64,000 nt of DNA from Actinomycetota bacterium (GTDB lineage: Bacteria > Actinomycetota > Acidimicrobiia > Acidimicrobiales > CADCSY01). Under the pieces are notes generated by a model that was given only the letters and a program-made list of their open reading frames with translations, did not search any database and was not told the origin of the DNA. Location of the stretch: NCBI GenBank assembly GCA_004366205.1, contig SIRW01000054.1, forward strand, positions 7,990 through 71,989. The letters run 5' to 3'. The position numbers and the translations under genes are program-made. Below are positions 18,831 to 28,346 of this stretch, in pieces; positions within the stretch are counted from its first letter, which is position 1, and each line of letters opens with the position of its first letter.

Positions 18831-19148
18831 CTACCAGTCGAGCGGCTCGATGAACAGGTGGATCGTGCCGCCACACGTGAGGCCCACGGCGAAGGCCTCG
18901 TCGTCGCTGTAGCCGAACGTGACGATGCGGGGCTCGGCCTCGCCGGCGAGGATCGCCAGGGCCTCGGTGACGACCGCTCCCTCCACGCACCCGCCCGACA
19001 CCGACCCGGCGACCTCACCGTCCTCGTTCACGGCCATCGCCGCGCCCGGCAGCCGCGGCCCCGACCCCTCGACGTCGACCACTCGGGCGAGGGCGACCCG
19101 CTTGCCGCCGGCGCGCCACCGGTCGAGATCGTCGAGGATCTCCTTCAC
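18831..19148 (-). CDS. XdhC_CoxI N-terminal-domain-only protein
   Basis: GTG at 19148 forms a GTGA overlap with the coxE-like stop. [20 protein letters not shown]...G...GSVSGGCVE pattern over 105 aa. Confidence 0.65.
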   Translation of the reverse strand: MKEILDDLDRWRAGGKRVALARVVDVEGSGPRLPGAAMAVNEDGEVAGSVSGGCVEGAVVTEALAILAGEAEPRIVTFGYSDDEAFAVGLTCGGTIHLFIEPLDW

Positions 19149-20287
19149 GCCCCGTGAGGGTACCGGCGCGAGCGGGCGATGACGCGGGCCAGCCGCTCGA
19201 GCGAGTCGAGCGAGTGGCCCTCGACGAAGTCGTCGACGTAGGGCAGCGCCGCGGCCATGCCCCGGGCGAGGGGCTGGTAGCCGGGGCTGGCCTTCAGCGG
19301 GTTGACCCACACCACGCGGTGCGCCACGCGCGCCAGGCGGCGCATCTGCTCGGCGAGGTGCTCGGGCTCGCCCCGGTCCCACCCGTCGCTGAGGATCACC
19401 ACGACCGCCCCCCGGGCCATGCCCCGCACGCCCCACTCGTCGTTGAAGCGGCGCAGGGCCTCCCCCAGTCGGGTGCCGCCCGACCAGTCCGTCGCCGCGG
19501 CCCCGGCGGCGGCGAGCGCGGCGTCGGGGTCGCGAGACGACAGCTCGCGGGTGAGACGCGTGAGCCGGGTGCCGAGGGTGAACACCTCGACCCGGGTCCG
19601 GCCGACGACGGCGGCGTGGGCGAAGCGCAGGAGGGCCCGGGCGTAGGGCTCCATCGAACCGCTGATGTCGACCAGCAGCACGACGCGCCGGGCCCGCTCG
19701 CCCGGGGCGCTGCGGCTCGGCCGTACCGGCTCGCCGCCCGCCCGCAGCGCCCGGCGCAGCGTGCGCCGCAGATCGGGGCGGCCGTGCGCCCCCCGGCGAG
19801 CGGGCCGGCGGCGGCGCGAGCGGCGGAGCGCTCCCCCCAGCCGCAGGTCGGCCATGAGGCGGCGCGCCTCGGCGAGCTCCCCGGGGCTGTAGGCGGCGAA
19901 GTCCTTGTGGCGCAGGACCTCGGCCGGGCTGTACCGGACGGTGAGCGTGGGCCCGGCCGGTTCGGGCTCCGAGCCGCTGCCGGCGTCGTCGCCGAGGGCG
20001 TCGTCGATGGCGAGCGTGACCCGCACGGGCTCGGGCCGGGATCCGAGGGCCAGCGTCTGCGGGCGGCGCTCCCAGAACGCCGCGAAGGCGGCGTCGTAGG
20101 CCGGGGCATCCTCGGGCCGGTGGACCAGCGTCGCCCGGCCGGCCCAGTAGACGTGGTCGCGGTTCGCCACCCCGGTCGCCGCCAGGGCCTCGGAGAAGGC
20201 CACGACGCTGCCGACCGGAACGTCCACGCCGGTGCCCCGCAGCACCCCCGCGAAGGCCACGGCGAGGGCCGCGCCGTCAGGTGGCAC
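19145..20287 (-). CDS. coxE: VWA domain-containing CoxE-like protein
   Basis: MIDAS-type VVLLVDISGSM, an Arg-rich linker, and a C-terminal VWVNPL...GY.P..RGM block typical of CoxE. Confidence 0.8.
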   Translation of the reverse strand: MPPDGAALAVAFAGVLRGTGVDVPVGSVVAFSEALAATGVANRDHVYWAGRATLVHRPEDAPAYDAAFAAFWERRPQTLALGSRPEPVRVTLAIDDALGDDAGSGSEPEPAGPTLTVRYSPAEVLRHKDFAAYSPGELAEARRLMADLRLGGALRRSRRRRPARRGAHGRPDLRRTLRRALRAGGEPVRPSRSAPGERARRVVLLVDISGSMEPYARALLRFAHAAVVGRTRVEVFTLGTRLTRLTRELSSRDPDAALAAAGAAATDWSGGTRLGEALRRFNDEWGVRGMARGAVVVILSDGWDRGEPEHLAEQMRRLARVAHRVVWVNPLKASPGYQPLARGMAAALPYVDDFVEGHSLDSLERLARVIARSRRYPHGA

Positions 20288-21200
20288 GGCTGACGGCGGC
20301 GCGCACGAGCTCGTCGACGCCCCGGCCTCGCACCCGCTCCTGGTCCTCGCGGTACTTGAGCACGGTCCCGAGCGTGGCCTGCACGGCGGCGGCGTCGAGC
20401 TCGGTGCGGCCGAGGGCGGCGAGGGCCTGGGCCCAGTCGATCGACTCGGCCACGCCCGGCGGCTTGTAGAGCCCCAGCTCCCGGACCTGCTCGACCATGG
20501 CGGCGACCTGCCGCGCCAGGGTCTCGCCGGCGGCGGGAACCCGCAGCCGCACGACGGCGACCTCGCGCTCGAAGTCGGGGTGCTCGACCCAGTGGTAGAG
20601 GCAGCGGCGCTTCAGGGCGTCGTGGACGTCGCGGGTGCGGTTCGACGTGATGACCACGATCGGCGGCACGGCCGCCCGGAACGTGCCCAGCTCGGGGACG
20701 GTCACGCTGTAGTCGGAGAGGATCTCGAGCAGGAACGCCTCGAACTCGTCGTCGGCCCGGTCGACCTCGTCGACGAGCAGCACGGGCGGCGGGCCCTCGC
20801 GGTGGTCGATGGCGGCGAGCAGCGGCCGGCGCACGAGGAACCGCTCGGACCACAGCTCGTCCTCGAGGGCGTCGGTGCCGGCGGCGACCGCCCCCGTCGC
20901 CTCGGCGGTGCGGAGGTGGAGGAGCTGGCGCGACCAGTCCCACTCGTAGACGGCCTGCGAGACGTCGATGCCCTCGTAGCACTGGAGGCGCAGCAGCTCG
21001 CCGCCGGTCCAGCGGGCGAGCACCTTGGCCACCTCGGTCTTGCCGACGCCGGCCTCCCCCTCGAGCAGCAGCGGCCGCTGCAGGGTCAGGGCCAGGAACA
21101 CGGCCGTGGCCAGGCCCTCGTCGGCCAGGTAGTCGTGGTCGGCCAGCGCGGTGCGCACCTCCTCGACGGACTCGGGGGTGCGGACCTGCGCGCCGGGCAC
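20277..21200 (-). CDS. coxD: MoxR-type AAA+ ATPase (CoxD-like)
   Basis: Walker A GEAGVGKT, Walker B VLLVDEVDRA, and the RRC..HW..P segment typical of the MoxR/CoxD family. Confidence 0.85.
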   Translation of the reverse strand: MPGAQVRTPESVEEVRTALADHDYLADEGLATAVFLALTLQRPLLLEGEAGVGKTEVAKVLARWTGGELLRLQCYEGIDVSQAVYEWDWSRQLLHLRTAEATGAVAAGTDALEDELWSERFLVRRPLLAAIDHREGPPPVLLVDEVDRADDEFEAFLLEILSDYSVTVPELGTFRAAVPPIVVITSNRTRDVHDALKRRCLYHWVEHPDFEREVAVVRLRVPAAGETLARQVAAMVEQVRELGLYKPPGVAESIDWAQALAALGRTELDAAAVQATLGTVLKYREDQERVRGRGVDELVRAAVSRAT

Positions 21201-21223
21201 GACCCAAGGGTAGGCCCGCTAGG

Positions 21224-21979
21224 TTGCGGCCCGTGGATCTGGGACTGCGCGGCAAGCGGGCGGCGGTGGCCGCCGCCTCCACGGGGCTGGGGCTGGCCAC
21301 GGCCCGGGCACTCGCGGCCGAGGGCGTGCGGGTGGCGATGTGCTCCCGTGACCGGGGCCGCATCGACGAGGCGGCGGCGGGCGTCGCCGGCGGCGCCGTC
21401 CCGCTCGTCGCCGACGTGGCCGACACCGACCAGGCGGCCCGGTTCGTGGCCGAGGCGCGCGAGGCCCTGGGCGGGCTCGACATCCTGGTGACCAACGCCG
21501 GCGGGCCACCGCCCGGCACGTTCGCCTCCACCCCGGTCGAGGCCTATCCCGACGCCCTCGCCCTCAACCTGCTGTCGGTCGTGGCCATGTGCCGTGAGGC
21601 GGTGCCCGCCATGCGGGAGCAGCGGTGGGGGCGGGTGGTCGCCATCACCTCGGTGTCGGTGCGCCAGCCGATCGGCACGATCATCCTGTCGAACACGGCC
21701 CGGGCCGGGGCCACGGCGTTCCTCAAGACGCTGGCGCTGGAGGTGGCGGCCGACGGCGTCACCGTGAACTCGGTGCAGCCCGGCCTGCACGCCACCGACC
21801 GGCTGCGGCAGCTCTACGGGGGGGACGTCGAGCAGGCGGCGCGAGGCGTGCCGTCACGGTCGGTCGGCGATCCCGACGACTTCGGCGCCGTCGTCGCCTT
21901 CCTGTGCTCCGAGCAGGCCCGGTTCGTCACCGGCGCCGCCGTGCCCGTCGACGGCGGCAGCTACCTCGGCCTGCAGTGA
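21224..21979 (+). CDS. SDR family oxidoreductase
   Basis: The cofactor motif is the variant AAASTGLGLA rather than TGxxxGxG. NAGG is present, and the catalytic region is SN...A rather than the classical YxxxK. C-terminal FVTGAAVPVDGG. TTG start at 21224, or GTG at 21233. Confidence 0.75.
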   Translation: MRPVDLGLRGKRAAVAAASTGLGLATARALAAEGVRVAMCSRDRGRIDEAAAGVAGGAVPLVADVADTDQAARFVAEAREALGGLDILVTNAGGPPPGTFASTPVEAYPDALALNLLSVVAMCREAVPAMREQRWGRVVAITSVSVRQPIGTIILSNTARAGATAFLKTLALEVAADGVTVNSVQPGLHATDRLRQLYGGDVEQAARGVPSRSVGDPDDFGAVVAFLCSEQARFVTGAAVPVDGGSYLGLQ

Positions 21980-21986
21980 CGCCGGC

Positions 21987-22808
21987 CTAGGCGCCGGCTT
22001 CCTCGAGGGCGCGCCGGGTGAGGACCCGGGCGAGGTGGCGGCGGTACTCCTCGCTGGCGTTGAGGTCGGCGGTGGGCTCGGTGCCCTCGTCGGCCCGCTC
22101 GGCGGCCTCCGCGGCCGACGCCCCGCCGGCCAGCGCCTCCTCGACGGCGGTGGCCCGCAGCGGGGTGGTGCCCATGTTCACCAGCGCCACGCCGGTGGTG
22201 CCGTTGCGGACGGCAGCCACGCCGACGATCGCCCAGTCCTGGGCCCGCCGGTTGAACTTCTGGTACGACCAGCCCGCACCGGGCACCTTGGGCACGCGGA
22301 TCTCGGTGAGGAGCTCGTCGCCGGCGAGGGCGCTCTCGAGGAAGCCGGTGAAGAACTCGGTCGCCGCGATCTCGCGCTCGCCGTCCGGGCCCCGCGCCAC
22401 CAGCGTGCCGCCCAGGGCGAGCACGGCGGCGGGCAGGTCCGAGGCCGGGTCGGCGTGGGCCAGGCTGCCGCCGATCGTGCCCCGGTGGCGCACCTGCGGG
22501 TCGCCCACCAGGTGGGCCACGTGGCGGAGCATCGGGCACTGCTCGGCCAGCAGGTCGCTGGTCTCGAGGTCGTGGTGCCGGGTGAGCGCTCCGATGGCGA
22601 TCTGGTCGCCGGCGTCGCGGATGTAGCGCAGGTCGTCGAGGCGCCCGACGTCGACGAGCACGGCGGGTGTGGCGAGCCGCAGCTTCATGAGCGGCAGGAG
22701 CGAGTGCCCGCCGGCGAGGAGCTTGGCTTCGTCGCCGTGCTCGCCGAGGGCGGCGATCGCCTCGGCGGCCGAGCCGGCCCGCACGTAGTCGAACTTGGCG
22801 GGGATCAC
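21987..22808 (-). CDS. coxM: FAD-binding medium subunit (CoxM-like)
   Basis: GTG at 22808 forms a GTGA overlap with the coxL stop. LLAGGHSLLP and GTIGGSLAHADPASD FAD-binding blocks are present. Confidence 0.85.
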   Translation of the reverse strand: MIPAKFDYVRAGSAAEAIAALGEHGDEAKLLAGGHSLLPLMKLRLATPAVLVDVGRLDDLRYIRDAGDQIAIGALTRHHDLETSDLLAEQCPMLRHVAHLVGDPQVRHRGTIGGSLAHADPASDLPAAVLALGGTLVARGPDGEREIAATEFFTGFLESALAGDELLTEIRVPKVPGAGWSYQKFNRRAQDWAIVGVAAVRNGTTGVALVNMGTTPLRATAVEEALAGGASAAEAAERADEGTEPTADLNASEEYRRHLARVLTRRALEEAGA

Positions 22809-25186
22809 TGCTGCGCCTCCTTCGCGGCCCGGATCGCCGACCACACGCGGTGGGGGCTGGCGGGCATGTCGATGTCGGTGACGCCCAAGGGCGAGAGGGC
22901 GTCGACGATGGCGTTCATCACCGCCGGCGCGGCGCCGATGGTGCCGGCCTCGCCGACGCCCTTCACGCCCATGGGGTTGGTGGGGCTCGGCGTGACCGTG
23001 TGGTCGAGCTCGTAGGACGGGGCCTCGGCCGCCGAGGGGACGAGGTAGTCGGCGAGCGTGGCCGACCGCAGGTTGCCGTCGCCGTCGTAGGCGGCCTCCT
23101 CCCACAGGGCCTGGGCGACGCCCTGGAGGATGCCGCCGTGCACCTGGCCCTCGACGATCAGCGGGTTCACCTGGTTGCCGCAGTCGTCGACGGCGACGTA
23201 GCGGAGCAGCTGGACCCGGCCGGTCTCCTCGTCGACCTCGACGACGGCGATGTGGGCGCCGAACGGGAACGTGAAGTTGGGCGGGTCCCACACCACCTGG
23301 GCGCTGAGCCCGGGCTCCATGCCCTCGGGCAGGTCGTGGGCGAGGAACGCCTGGAACGCCACGGCCTGGATGGGCATGGCCCGGTCGGGGCTGCCCCGCA
23401 CCTGGAACTGCCCGCCGCTGAACTCGAGGTCCTCTTCGGCGACCTCGAGCTGGTGGGCGGCGATGGTGCGGGCCTTGGCCACGACCTTTTCGCAGGCGTG
23501 CCACACGGCCGTGCCGCCGACCGCCAGCGAGCGGGAGCCGTAGGTGTCGAGGCCGTGGGGCGACACGTCGGTGTCGGAGTGGAGCACCTCGACGTGGTCG
23601 GGATCGACGCCGAGCCGGTCGGCGACGATCATCGACCACGACGTCTCGTGACCCTGGCCGTGGGGGCTGGTGCCCGTGACCACCTGGACCATGCCGGTGG
23701 GCAGCACCCGCACGGTGGCGGCCTCCCACCCGCCGGCGCCGAAGTTCAGCGAGGCCAGGACCCGCGAGGGCGCCAGGCCGCACATCTCGACGTAGAACGA
23801 GATCCCCACGCCGAGGTGCGCGGTCGACCCGGACTCCCGCCGCCTCGCCTGCTCGGCCCGCAGCTCCTCGTAGCCGACCATCTCGAGCGCCCGGGCGAGG
23901 GCGGGCTCGTAGTCGCCGCTGTCGAACACCAGGCCCGGCGCGGAGCTGTACGGGAAGGCGTCGGTGGGGATGAAGTTTCGCCGGCGGATCTCGGCCGGGT
24001 CGACGCCCACCTCGACGGCCAGGGCGTCCATGGCCCGCTCGATGGCGTAGGTGGCCTCGGGCCGGCCGGCGCCCCGGTACGCGTCGGTCGGGGTCTTGGT
24101 GGTGAACACCCCGGTGCAGCTGAACGAGTAGGCGGGGATGTCGTAGACGCCGTGGTACAGGAACGCGCCGAGCAGCGGGATGCCGGGCGTGACGAGCTGC
24201 AGGTAGGCGCCCAGGTCGGCGAGCAGCCGCACCCGCACGGCGGTGACCTTGCCGGCGGCGTCGGCGGCCAGCTCGATGTGCTGGATCTGGCCGCGGCCCT
24301 GGATGGTGGCGACGGCCGCCTCGCTGCGCTCCTCGGTCCAGCGCACGGGCCGGCCCAGCTTGCGGGCGAGGGCGAGGGCGAGGACCTCCTCGGCGTACAC
24401 GTTGAGCTTGGACCCGAACCCACCGCCCACGGCGGGGGCGATGACCCGGATCTTGTGCTCGGGCACGCCGGTGGTGGCCGCCAGCATCACCTTGAGGATG
24501 TGGGGGATCTGCGTGGAGGAGTACACGGTGTACTCACCGCCGTGAGGTGCGGGCACGACGACCACGCCTCGCGGCTCCATGGCCGCGGGGATGAGCCGCT
24601 GCTGCACGTACCGCTCGCTCACGGTGTGGGCGGCCTCGGCGAAGGCCCGCTCGACGGCGTCGGCGTCGGGCGTGAGCTCCCAGGTGTAGGAGCGGTTGGT
24701 GCCGAGGTCCTCGTGGACCAGCACCCGGTCCTCGGCGGCCTCCTCGAGGTCGACGACCGCGGGCAGCTCGTCGTAGTCGACGAGCACGGCCTCGACGGCG
24801 TCGCGCGCCGCTGCCCGGCTCTCGGCCACGACGACGGCGACGATGTCGCCGACGTAGCAGGCCGTGCCGGCGGCGACGGGGCGGTGCTCGGGCGCCTTCA
24901 TGTCCTCGGTGACGGGCCAGGCGCACGGCAGGGGCGCGGCCCACGCGTCGAGCAGGTCGTCTCCGGTGAAGGCGGCGACGACGCCCGGCGCGTCGAGGGC
25001 GGGACCGACGTCGACCGACACGCGGGCGTGGGCGACGGTGGAGCGGACCAGGCCCAGCCACAGGGCGCCGGGCACGACGAGGTCGTCGACGTAGCGGCCC
25101 TCGCCGGTGAGCAGGGCGGGATCCTCCTTGCGGAGCAGGCGGGACCCGAGGACCGTGGTGGCGGCGGGGGTCTCGGTGGCGGTCAC
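22805..25186 (-). CDS. coxL: molybdopterin-binding large subunit, form-II CoxL-like
   Basis: GTG at 25186 forms a GTGA overlap with the coxS stop. Active-site loop [11 protein letters not shown] (form II, not AYxCSFR). About 793 aa. Confidence 0.85.
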   Translation of the reverse strand: MTATETPAATTVLGSRLLRKEDPALLTGEGRYVDDLVVPGALWLGLVRSTVAHARVSVDVGPALDAPGVVAAFTGDDLLDAWAAPLPCAWPVTEDMKAPEHRPVAAGTACYVGDIVAVVVAESRAAARDAVEAVLVDYDELPAVVDLEEAAEDRVLVHEDLGTNRSYTWELTPDADAVERAFAEAAHTVSERYVQQRLIPAAMEPRGVVVVPAPHGGEYTVYSSTQIPHILKVMLAATTGVPEHKIRVIAPAVGGGFGSKLNVYAEEVLALALARKLGRPVRWTEERSEAAVATIQGRGQIQHIELAADAAGKVTAVRVRLLADLGAYLQLVTPGIPLLGAFLYHGVYDIPAYSFSCTGVFTTKTPTDAYRGAGRPEATYAIERAMDALAVEVGVDPAEIRRRNFIPTDAFPYSSAPGLVFDSGDYEPALARALEMVGYEELRAEQARRRESGSTAHLGVGISFYVEMCGLAPSRVLASLNFGAGGWEAATVRVLPTGMVQVVTGTSPHGQGHETSWSMIVADRLGVDPDHVEVLHSDTDVSPHGLDTYGSRSLAVGGTAVWHACEKVVAKARTIAAHQLEVAEEDLEFSGGQFQVRGSPDRAMPIQAVAFQAFLAHDLPEGMEPGLSAQVVWDPPNFTFPFGAHIAVVEVDEETGRVQLLRYVAVDDCGNQVNPLIVEGQVHGGILQGVAQALWEEAAYDGDGNLRSATLADYLVPSAAEAPSYELDHTVTPSPTNPMGVKGVGEAGTIGAAPAVMNAIVDALSPLGVTDIDMPASPHRVWSAIRAAKEAQQ

Positions 25187-25656
25187 GACGCCGCTCCTTC
25201 GGCGGCGGCGAGCACGGCCTTCACGATGTTGTGGTAGCCGGTGCAGCGACACAGGTTGCCTTCGAGGCCCTCCCGCACCTCGGCCTCGGTGGGAGCCGGG
25301 TTCTCGTCGAGGAGCGACACGGCCGCCATGACCATGCCGGGCGTGCAGTAGCCGCACTGCAGGCCGTGATGCTGGCGGAACGCCTCCTGCATGGGGTGCA
25401 GCTGCCCGTCGCTGGCCAGGCCCTCGATGGTGGTGATCTCGGCGCCGTCGGCCTGGACGGCGAGCACGGTGCAGGACTTCACCGACTGGCCGTCGAGCAG
25501 CACGGTGCACGCGCCGCACGACGAGGTGTCGCAGCCGATGTTGGTGCCGGTGAGGCCCACCACCTCCCGCAGGTAGTGGACCAGGAGCGTGCGGGGCTCG
25601 ACCTCGTGCTCCTGCTTCGTGCCGTTGACGGTGACGGCGACCTTCACGTGCACCAC
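25183..25656 (-). CDS. coxS: [2Fe-2S]-binding small subunit (CoxS-like)
   Basis: [11 protein letters not shown] and CGYCTPG...CRCTGY cysteine clusters. A GAGAGGGG Shine-Dalgarno sequence lies just upstream of the tandem GTG codons at 25656/25653. Confidence 0.9.
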   Translation of the reverse strand: MVHVKVAVTVNGTKQEHEVEPRTLLVHYLREVVGLTGTNIGCDTSSCGACTVLLDGQSVKSCTVLAVQADGAEITTIEGLASDGQLHPMQEAFRQHHGLQCGYCTPGMVMAAVSLLDENPAPTEAEVREGLEGNLCRCTGYHNIVKAVLAAAEGAAS

Positions 25657-25742
25657 CCCTCTCAGTGCGCGGTGTCGGCTGTGGTCCCGCCATCATGCCG
25701 CGCCCGGACGGGCCGTGCCGCGGGTCCGACCCGACCGGCTCG

Positions 25743-26546
25743 CTAGGGCGTGAGGGTGCGCATGCCCCGCACGGCGAACACGAGCATGACCGCCGCGAGC
25801 CCCCCGATGGCCGCCAGGCCGGGCCAGGTGGACGACCAGGCGACGCCCTCGAGGAAGCCCTGGCGGGCCAGCTCGAGGATCTGCGAGACGGGGTTGAGGC
25901 GGGCGACCGGGTGGAGCCAGCCGGTGATGACCTCGAGGGGCGCCTGGGCGGTGGTGAGGAACAGGCCCACGAAGATGCCGACCTGGACGACGGGACCGGC
26001 GCTCTGGCTCTTGATCCGGTAGACGAGCCCGAGGGCCCACAGCCCGGCGACGGTCGCCACGCCGAGCGCGGCGATGAGCAGCGAGACGAGCCCGGGGACG
26101 CCGCCGGGCACGGCGGCCCCGCCCGCCAGGCCGACCGCGGTGACGAGGGCGAAGGTGATCAGCCCCCGGGCGGCGCCCGCCAGGAGCGATCCGCACATGA
26201 TCGCCCCCCGGGCGGCGGGCGACAGGAGCAGGCGGTCGAAGAACCCGGTCTCGAGGTCGCGCGCCACCGAGAAGGCGGTGCCGACCCCGGCGAAGCTGGC
26301 GCCCATGAGCACCGCCATCGGCGTGTACCAGCTGAGGACGTTGTCGGTGGCGAACCCCGGGATCTCGACGATGCCGCGGTACTGGCCGCTGAACGCGATG
26401 AGGAAGAACACGGGCATGACCACGGCAGGCACGAACGTGGCCGGCACCCGGCGGATGCCGACGAGGTTGCGCCACGCCAGCGCGGCCGCCACCGCCAGGG
26501 GGCGCCCGGCGACGCCGTGGTCGAAGGCGGTGCGGGCGGCGGTCAC
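25743..26546 (-). CDS. ABC-2 type transporter permease (second copy)
   Basis: GTG at 26546 forms a GTGA overlap. It has six hydrophobic segments and the ABC-2 block DLETGFFDRLLLSP, and is a paralog of the upstream permease. Confidence 0.75.
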   Translation of the reverse strand: MTAARTAFDHGVAGRPLAVAAALAWRNLVGIRRVPATFVPAVVMPVFFLIAFSGQYRGIVEIPGFATDNVLSWYTPMAVLMGASFAGVGTAFSVARDLETGFFDRLLLSPAARGAIMCGSLLAGAARGLITFALVTAVGLAGGAAVPGGVPGLVSLLIAALGVATVAGLWALGLVYRIKSQSAGPVVQVGIFVGLFLTTAQAPLEVITGWLHPVARLNPVSQILELARQGFLEGVAWSSTWPGLAAIGGLAAVMLVFAVRGMRTLTP

Positions 26547-27355
26547 GCGGGTGCCTCCGCCAGCCGGCGGCGCAGGGCGAGGAGCGAGGCGCCGACCGAC
26601 ACCACGCCGATGCCGGCGGCGACGGCGACCGCCACGGCGGCGTCGGTGGCGGCGAAGCCCTCGAGCAGCAGGCGCCGCTGCGCCTCGATCATCCACGACA
26701 CCGGGTTGACGCCGGCCACGGTCTGGTACCAGCCGGTCATGAGGCCCCGGGGGAAGAAGGCCGAGGACAGGAACAGCGTGACGAACAGAAGCGGGAACGA
26801 GCCCTGCACGGCCTCGGCCGACCCGGTGCGCAGCGCCAGGGCGACGCCGAACCCGCCGATGCCGACGCCGAGCAGCATCGCCGTGGCGACGAGCACCGCC
26901 ACCGTCACGGCGCCCCCGCCGATGCTGGCGCCGAACGGCAGGAGGATGAGCACGAACAGCACGGCCTGGGCGCCGCCCAGCGCCGCCGCGCCCGCCAGCC
27001 GGCCGACGAGGATCGAGATCCGGGACACCGGCGAGGAGATCAGCCGGTCGAAGAAGCCGTTCTCGATGTCGGTGGCCATCTCGGTGCCGGCGCTGATCGC
27101 CCCGAAGATCACGCCCTGCAGGATCGTGGCGGGCACGAGGAAGTCGAGGAACGAGTCGAACGGCGGGAAGCCGGGCAGGTTCGTCGCCCGCTGGAACGCC
27201 GCCGAGTTGAGGGCGGTGAAGAAGAGCGGGAAGAACATCGACGGGATCCACACCGTGGGCTGCCGGAGCAGGGCGACGACCGACCGGCGCGACAGCACCA
27301 GGGCCTGGAGGAGGGGCTGGCGGCGGTGCGCCCGCAGGAGCGCCACGGTGGTCAC
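26543..27355 (-). CDS. ABC-2 type transporter permease (first copy)
   Basis: 270-aa ORF with a DIENGFFDRLISSP block and multiple TM segments. Confidence 0.75.
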   Translation of the reverse strand: MTTVALLRAHRRQPLLQALVLSRRSVVALLRQPTVWIPSMFFPLFFTALNSAAFQRATNLPGFPPFDSFLDFLVPATILQGVIFGAISAGTEMATDIENGFFDRLISSPVSRISILVGRLAGAAALGGAQAVLFVLILLPFGASIGGGAVTVAVLVATAMLLGVGIGGFGVALALRTGSAEAVQGSFPLLFVTLFLSSAFFPRGLMTGWYQTVAGVNPVSWMIEAQRRLLLEGFAATDAAVAVAVAAGIGVVSVGASLLALRRRLAEAPA

Positions 27356-27362
27356 GGCGGGT

Positions 27363-28346
27363 TCACCCGCCGGTGGCGGCGGGTGTGCCGCCGCCGCCCG
27401 CCGGCTCCTCGGCGCCTTCGAGCCGGCGGCCCGTCGCCTCGGCGAACACGTCGTCGAGGCTCGGCTGGTTGAGCTCCATGTGGTTCACGCTGATGCCGGC
27501 GGCGTCGAGGGCCCGCACGGCGTCGGGAACGCGGGCGGCGCCGCCCTCGAGGCCGATGGCGACCTCGCCGGGGCCGGCGGGACGCTCCTCGCCGAAGCCG
27601 GCCAGGGCCGCCACGGCGGCGGCGTGATGGGCCTCGTCGACGGCGAGCAGCAGCGTGGGTGCGCCCACCTCGGACTTGAGCGCCCGCGGCTCCCCTTGGC
27701 GGACGATGCGGCCGTAGTCGATGATGGCGATGCGCCCGGCCAGCTGGTCGGCTTCCTCCAGGTACTGGGTGGTGAGCAGCACCGTGGTGCCCCGCTCCTG
27801 GTTGAGGGCCCGCACCTCCTCCCACAGGGCCACCCGGCTCATGGGGTCGAGGCCGGTGGTGGGCTCGTCGAGGAACAGCACCTCGGGCTCGTGGACGAGC
27901 GAGAGCGCCAGGTCGAGGCGCCGGCGCATGCCCCCCGAGTAGGTGCCGACGCGCCGGTCGGCGGCGGCGGTGAGGCCCACCCGCTCGAGCAGCTCGGCGC
28001 CCCGGCGATCGGCGTGCCGGCGGGGGATGCCGTGGAGCACGGCTTGGAGGCGCAGGAGCTCGGTGCCGGTCATCAGCGGGTCGATGGCGGCGTCCTGGAG
28101 GGCCACGCCGATGGCCCGGCGCACCCGGCCGGCCTCGCGCACGACGTCGAAGCCGGCGACGCGGGCCCGGCCGGCGGTGGGCTTCAGCAGCGTCGTGAGC
28201 ATGCGCACCGTCGTCGACTTGCCGGCCCCGTTGGGCCCGAGGAAGCCGAAGACCTCAGCGGGCTGCACCTCGAGGTCGACGCCGTCGACGGCGACGAGGT
28301 CGCCGAACCGCCGGACGAGGCCCTCGGCCTCGATGGGCGCCGTCAC
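27363..28346 (-). CDS. DrrA-family ABC transporter ATP-binding protein
   Basis: GTG at 28346 forms a GTGA overlap with the upstream large-subunit stop. Walker A GPNGAGKST, signature YSGGMRRRL, Walker B LFLDEPTTGLD. Confidence 0.85.
   Translation of the reverse strand: MTAPIEAEGLVRRFGDLVAVDGVDLEVQPAEVFGFLGPNGAGKSTTVRMLTTLLKPTAGRARVAGFDVVREAGRVRRAIGVALQDAAIDPLMTGTELLRLQAVLHGIPRRHADRRGAELLERVGLTAAADRRVGTYSGGMRRRLDLALSLVHEPEVLFLDEPTTGLDPMSRVALWEEVRALNQERGTTVLLTTQYLEEADQLAGRIAIIDYGRIVRQGEPRALKSEVGAPTLLLAVDEAHHAAAVAALAGFGEERPAGPGEVAIGLEGGAARVPDAVRALDAAGISVNHMELNQPSLDDVFAEATGRRLEGAEEPAGGGGTPAATGG

Noticed and set aside
22805-25186. Calling the coxSLM cluster a genuine aerobic carbon monoxide dehydrogenase.
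   Set aside because: All three large subunits have the AYRGAGR loop rather than the AYxCSFR Mo-Cu active-site loop of form-I CODH. The substrate should be left open.
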